Below, in pieces: positions 60,086 through 64,000 of a stretch of 64,000 nucleotides of DNA. How positions within the stretch are numbered: position 1 is the first letter of the stretch; each line of letters starts with the position of its first letter. Position numbers and translations under genes: made by a program. Under the pieces are notes generated by a model, which had not been told where the DNA came from, searched no databases, and worked only from the letters and a program-made list of their open reading frames with translations. The DNA is from Cyanobacteria bacterium P01_D01_bin.156 (GTDB lineage: Bacteria > Cyanobacteriota > Cyanobacteriia > Phormidesmidales > Phormidesmidaceae), in the NCBI GenBank assembly GCA_039024555.1, contig JBCCQQ010000017.1:1-64000 (forward strand), read 5' to 3'.

Positions 60086-61078
60086 ATGATATCTATTGTT
60101 ATTGCTAACTATAATAAGGAATCTTTTATCAAAGAGACAATTCAATCTGTAATTAATCAAACGTACTTTGATTGGGAAATTGTCTTTGTTGATGATGGAT
60201 CGACTGATAACTCGATACAGGTCATTTTAGAATTAGCGCGTCAAGATCCAAGGATTGTTGTAGAGCATACTCAACCATCTATGAGAGGTGCTAATGCAGC
60301 TCGTAATATTGGATGGCAGAGGTCAAAATTTGACTATATTTTGTTTTTGGATTCTGACGATATTTTGGCACCTCAATGTATTGAAGATCGTCTGAGTCAT
60401 TCAAGGGGAAGTGAGCTAGACTTTAATATTTTCACTGGTGGAACTTTTTTGCGTAAGGTTGGAGATCGAAAAATATTATGGCAGCCTAAAAAACATAGTT
60501 GTCATCTGGAGTCTTTTTTAAGACATGATCTACCTTGGCATTTGACTTCCGCTCTTTGGACAAAAACAGGGCTTAACAAAATTAATGGTTTTTCTGAGGA
60601 ATTACCTCGCCTTCAAGATGTTGATCTATATATGCGAGCATTATTGCTGGGGCTTAGATATCGTGTAATCGGTGACGAGAAACCTGATTTTTTCTATCGA
60701 GTATCTCCTGAAAGATGCAATTATAATGCTTACGAATTGGGCGAAAGATATGTAGCTGCGTGTGATATTTTCCAAAAATCAACATATGATTTAATCCAAT
60801 CGACAGGCTATAAAGAAAATCTTAAAAAATTATACATTCGTCGATTGCGCGGTACTACGTTATCGATTATGTATAGATTTGCTATCGAAGGTTCAAAGGG
60901 ACTTATGACTAATTATCAAATGCATAATCTTCAAAAGAATCTGCGTAATTTACCAAGTACTTTATTGGTGTTTGATGGAGTTTCAGAGAATTATTTAGAT
61001 GCATATATGCACTTAGTAAATATAGGGTTTTGGCGCTTAAGAGGATTTACAAAGTTAACTAAAGCTCTGATCTGTTGA
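60086..61078 (+). CDS. Glycosyltransferase family 2
   Basis: ISIVIANYN, VDDGSTDNS, GANAARNIG, FLDSDD, QD. Likely start is the ATG at 60086. Confidence 0.92.
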   Translation: MISIVIANYNKESFIKETIQSVINQTYFDWEIVFVDDGSTDNSIQVILELARQDPRIVVEHTQPSMRGANAARNIGWQRSKFDYILFLDSDDILAPQCIEDRLSHSRGSELDFNIFTGGTFLRKVGDRKILWQPKKHSCHLESFLRHDLPWHLTSALWTKTGLNKINGFSEELPRLQDVDLYMRALLLGLRYRVIGDEKPDFFYRVSPERCNYNAYELGERYVAACDIFQKSTYDLIQSTGYKENLKKLYIRRLRGTTLSIMYRFAIEGSKGLMTNYQMHNLQKNLRNLPSTLLVFDGVSENYLDAYMHLVNIGFWRLRGFTKLTKALIC

Positions 61079-61445
61079 CACGGAGAATACTTTAATAATG
61101 CCACAGATTTGAGATTAAATTTTCTGGTTTTTCTGTTACATCTTGAAAGCAGCTAAAGCCAATTATGATGTCAATCCAAAAGGTTTTTAAAGAACTTAAT
61201 GAATCAAATAGAAATCAAGAAAATTTAGGGCGTTCGGACTCTTAGAGTAAGGAGTCAACTGTCTGAATATGGATTCCTTATAAACAAGATTTTTTACGAC
61301 TTAAGAGAGCTTGTAAAAGACAAGTGTGCGATAGATATTAATTGTAGAAATTGCCGTACTAAATCAGTTGTTGAAGAGGTTCATAGAACATGAATCAGTA
61401 CGGATTTAAATTTGTTATTATCAAGTCTGAGGATCATCAAAGTTG

Positions 61446-62600
61446 ATGAGAATAGCACTTTTAAGCCCTGGAATTTTCCCGTATGTTGTTGGCGGTATTC
61501 AAAAGCATAGCTTCAACTTAGCTAAGCATCTGGCCATACTAGGAATTAAGGTTGATCTTTATCATACAGACTTTTCAGATGCAGTAGATATAGACCAGTT
61601 AGATGGAATGACCAATGCAGAAAAAGAAAATATAACTAGTATCGCTATTTCTTGGTCGAAGAGGGATCCTTTTCCCGGACACTATATTCGGTCTCTCCAA
61701 CACTTCTCGACAAAGCTATACCATCAATATTGTCAACGCCCACCTGCAGACTTTATTTATGGCCAGAGCCTGACTGCATTCAGCTTCATAAAAGCAAAAC
61801 GGCATGGTGAAAAGCTACCTCCGATTGGTGTGAATCTCCATGGCTATGAAATGTTTCAACTACCAGCAAGTTGGAAATCATATCTCCAGAATCAGATAGT
61901 GCTGCAATCCCCCTTTCGACGGCATGCACTTGAAGCAAATTATGTTTTTTCTTTAGGTGGTAAGCTTACTGAGCTAATTCAGGATGAGCTGAATATACAA
62001 GCCGAGAAAATCATCGAAATTCCAGGTGGCATAGATTCTTCATGGTTAGTTGATCAGATTAAAACTGCTTCTAGACCAATTCGTTTTATCTTCGTTGGTC
62101 GCTGCGAGCGGCGTAAAGGTATTCAAGAGCTACAGACAGCAATCTGCACACATCCTATCTGGAAAAGTCGTGCGCAGTTTCGCTTCATTGGTCCCATTCC
62201 AGAAGATAAGCGTTTGTCTATGCCACATGTCAGCTATGCCGGTGCTATTCGTGATGAAACATTACTGAAGCATGAGCTATCCCAAGCTGATGTTTTAATT
62301 TGCCCCTCTCATTCTGAAGGGATGCCCACTGTAATTCTTGAAGGGATGGCTTCTGGCTTAGCTATACTAGCCACTGATGTTGGTGCAGTGCGCCTCTTAG
62401 TTGATTCCAAAAATGGGGTGCTTCTACCCAAAGTCAGCATTCCAAGCATTATCCAAGGAGTAGATCGCCTGCTTGATCAAAGTGAGAATCAATTGAAGAA
62501 GATGAAGCAGACTTCTCTCGATCGTGTGCAATCTTTTACCTGGGATCGTATTGCAGCGTGCACTTTGGATGAAATTCAAAAGATTATTGTTAAAGTATGA
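61446..62600 (+). CDS. Glycosyltransferase family 4
   Basis: GGIQKH, FVGRCERRKG, SEGMPTVILEGMASG...TDVGA. Confidence 0.92.
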   Translation: MRIALLSPGIFPYVVGGIQKHSFNLAKHLAILGIKVDLYHTDFSDAVDIDQLDGMTNAEKENITSIAISWSKRDPFPGHYIRSLQHFSTKLYHQYCQRPPADFIYGQSLTAFSFIKAKRHGEKLPPIGVNLHGYEMFQLPASWKSYLQNQIVLQSPFRRHALEANYVFSLGGKLTELIQDELNIQAEKIIEIPGGIDSSWLVDQIKTASRPIRFIFVGRCERRKGIQELQTAICTHPIWKSRAQFRFIGPIPEDKRLSMPHVSYAGAIRDETLLKHELSQADVLICPSHSEGMPTVILEGMASGLAILATDVGAVRLLVDSKNGVLLPKVSIPSIIQGVDRLLDQSENQLKKMKQTSLDRVQSFTWDRIAACTLDEIQKIIVKV

Positions 62601-63658
62601 AAATTGCGCTTCTACACACACGCCTATCTGGTTATCTAGCAGCTTGCTTGCGAGAATTCAAACACCAGACAGGTGCGCAGCTTTTGATCTTTGCCTGGCC
62701 CAACCAGCCAGATGCTCCCTTTGACACTTCGAAGTTCGCCGACTTAGGAAAAGTCATCAATCGCTATGACTGCAGTAACGGAACTATCTTAAAGCAGATT
62801 CTAGAGTTTCAACCCACAGCTATACTTGCCAGCGGTTGGCGCGATAAAGGCTACGCTAAAATATGTCGTGCTCTAAAATCTAAAGATATTCCGATCATAG
62901 CGGGCTGTGATACCCAGTGGAAAGGTTCACTGAAGCAGTATTTTGCATCTTGGGTGGCACCTCTGCACATACAAAAATTTATCGATGTTCTTTGGGTTAC
63001 TGGGGAACGTCAACGTTATCTAGCCCAAGCTCTAGGATACACCGGAGAACAATGCTGGGAAGGCTACTACGCTTGTGATTGGGCATCATTCGCTAATCAG
63101 TCGATTCATCAAAATATTGCCTATTCCCCTTACTTTCTATATGTTGGCCGATATGCACCTGAAAAAGGGTTGGACACACTCTCGGTTGCATACAAGAATT
63201 ACGTTGCCCAAGTACAAAACCCATGGCGTTTAGTGTGTGCCGGGGCAGGACCGCTAAACGCTATGTTGTTGGAAAGCGGGGCAGAGGATAAAGGATTTGT
63301 TCAACCGGAGAATCTGCCAAAACTTATGAAAGGGGCATCAGCCTTCGTACTACCTAGTCGATTTGAGCCATGGGGAGTCGTTGCTCAAGAAGCTGCTGCT
63401 AGCGGTTTACCGCTGATTCTATCAGATGCTTGTGGTGCAGGTGTTTCCCTTTTACATAAGCATTACAACGGATTTGATTTTTCAAACGGTTCAGTCGAAA
63501 GTTTAACGCAAGCTCTCAAAGCGATGCATTCGCTTCCTCTGCAGCAGCGACAACTTTTTGGCCAAGCAAGCTACGAACTTTCGAAGCAATATACACCAAA
63601 GCGCTGGGCAGAAACCTTATTACAGGGACTGCAGCAGTTAGATACTCAAAGCACCTAA
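62597..63658 (+). CDS. Glycosyltransferase family 4
   Basis: LYVGRYAPEKG, PSRFEPWGVVAQEAAASGLP. ATGA overlap with the upstream gene. Confidence 0.92.
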   Translation: MKIALLHTRLSGYLAACLREFKHQTGAQLLIFAWPNQPDAPFDTSKFADLGKVINRYDCSNGTILKQILEFQPTAILASGWRDKGYAKICRALKSKDIPIIAGCDTQWKGSLKQYFASWVAPLHIQKFIDVLWVTGERQRYLAQALGYTGEQCWEGYYACDWASFANQSIHQNIAYSPYFLYVGRYAPEKGLDTLSVAYKNYVAQVQNPWRLVCAGAGPLNAMLLESGAEDKGFVQPENLPKLMKGASAFVLPSRFEPWGVVAQEAAASGLPLILSDACGAGVSLLHKHYNGFDFSNGSVESLTQALKAMHSLPLQQRQLFGQASYELSKQYTPKRWAETLLQGLQQLDTQST

Positions 63659-63729
63659 AGATCCTGACCAACAACTAAATAAGCTGAAAAACAAGGTACT
63701 GACACATCAAGGGAAGATGTCTGGCTGTC

Positions 63730-64000
63730 ATGAGTAAATTTTTCTGGAGACATTTTTTAGTGCTTTACACGCTACCGTTTTTTCTGGCGACCAGTCAGAT
63801 CACGCAAGTAGCCACAGCCGGCAAAGCACTAAGGTGGCTGATTTTGGTTATTGGGTGCGTCATGACGGCTAGTTCAGGCTTTCAAAGGGCTGGTTCTAAG
63901 CGCATCCTTGTGACATGGACCGACAGAATAATTATTGCGTTTCTTTTACTGTTCTTAGTCTCTGAATACTGGACTATTGAGCCTTGGGCTACAGCTCAAC
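63730..64000 (+). CDS. Partial multi-TM protein, probable Wzy/O-antigen-ligase-type polymerase (not in the ORF track)
   Basis: ATG at 63730 opens MSKFFWRHFLVLYTLPFFLA...LRWLILVIGCVM...IIIAFLLLFLVSEYWTIEPW to the window end. Three hydrophobic segments; EPS-locus context. Confidence 0.6.
   Translation, partial: MSKFFWRHFLVLYTLPFFLATSQITQVATAGKALRWLILVIGCVMTASSGFQRAGSKRILVTWTDRIIIAFLLLFLVSEYWTIEPWATAQ

Overview
This window comes from a cyanobacterial chromosome: about 23 HIP1 octamers (GCGATCGC) counted by eye, ndhL, tRNA-Leu(UAA) with a group I intron and a PEP-CTERM protein. A filamentous lineage is inferred from a HetZ-related gene. Region 1-14.4 kb is one co-oriented minus-strand run. It starts with a four-gene envelope module: a DUF11/SdrD-B-like protein, a 1185-aa outer-membrane beta-barrel, a beta-helix+OmpA protein, and a 1060-aa Asp-rich DUF11-repeat adhesin; the first three genes are translationally coupled. 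A polysaccharide pyruvyl transferase, two sulfotransferases and a GT4 follow. This module is the best candidate for an undescribed secretion/adhesin system. Region 15-38 kb is mostly housekeeping and regulatory genes (trpA, ndhL, trnL, larC, HetZ-related, OmpR regulator, MacB-type ABC, glgC, gatA, ilvC). Region 38-42 kb holds a candidate sRNA, a beta-barrel next to a secreted octapeptide-repeat protein, and dinB. Region 42-64 kb is a large EPS/capsule locus (wzc, wza, WecA-like, ABC flippase, glycosyltransferases). It contains an AT-rich, HIP1-free nonulosonic-acid cassette: neuA, a CBS-NeuB-SAF-TIM-barrel fusion, two methyltransferases and a GT42/Maf-like transferase. All calls come from reading motifs by eye; no database search was run.
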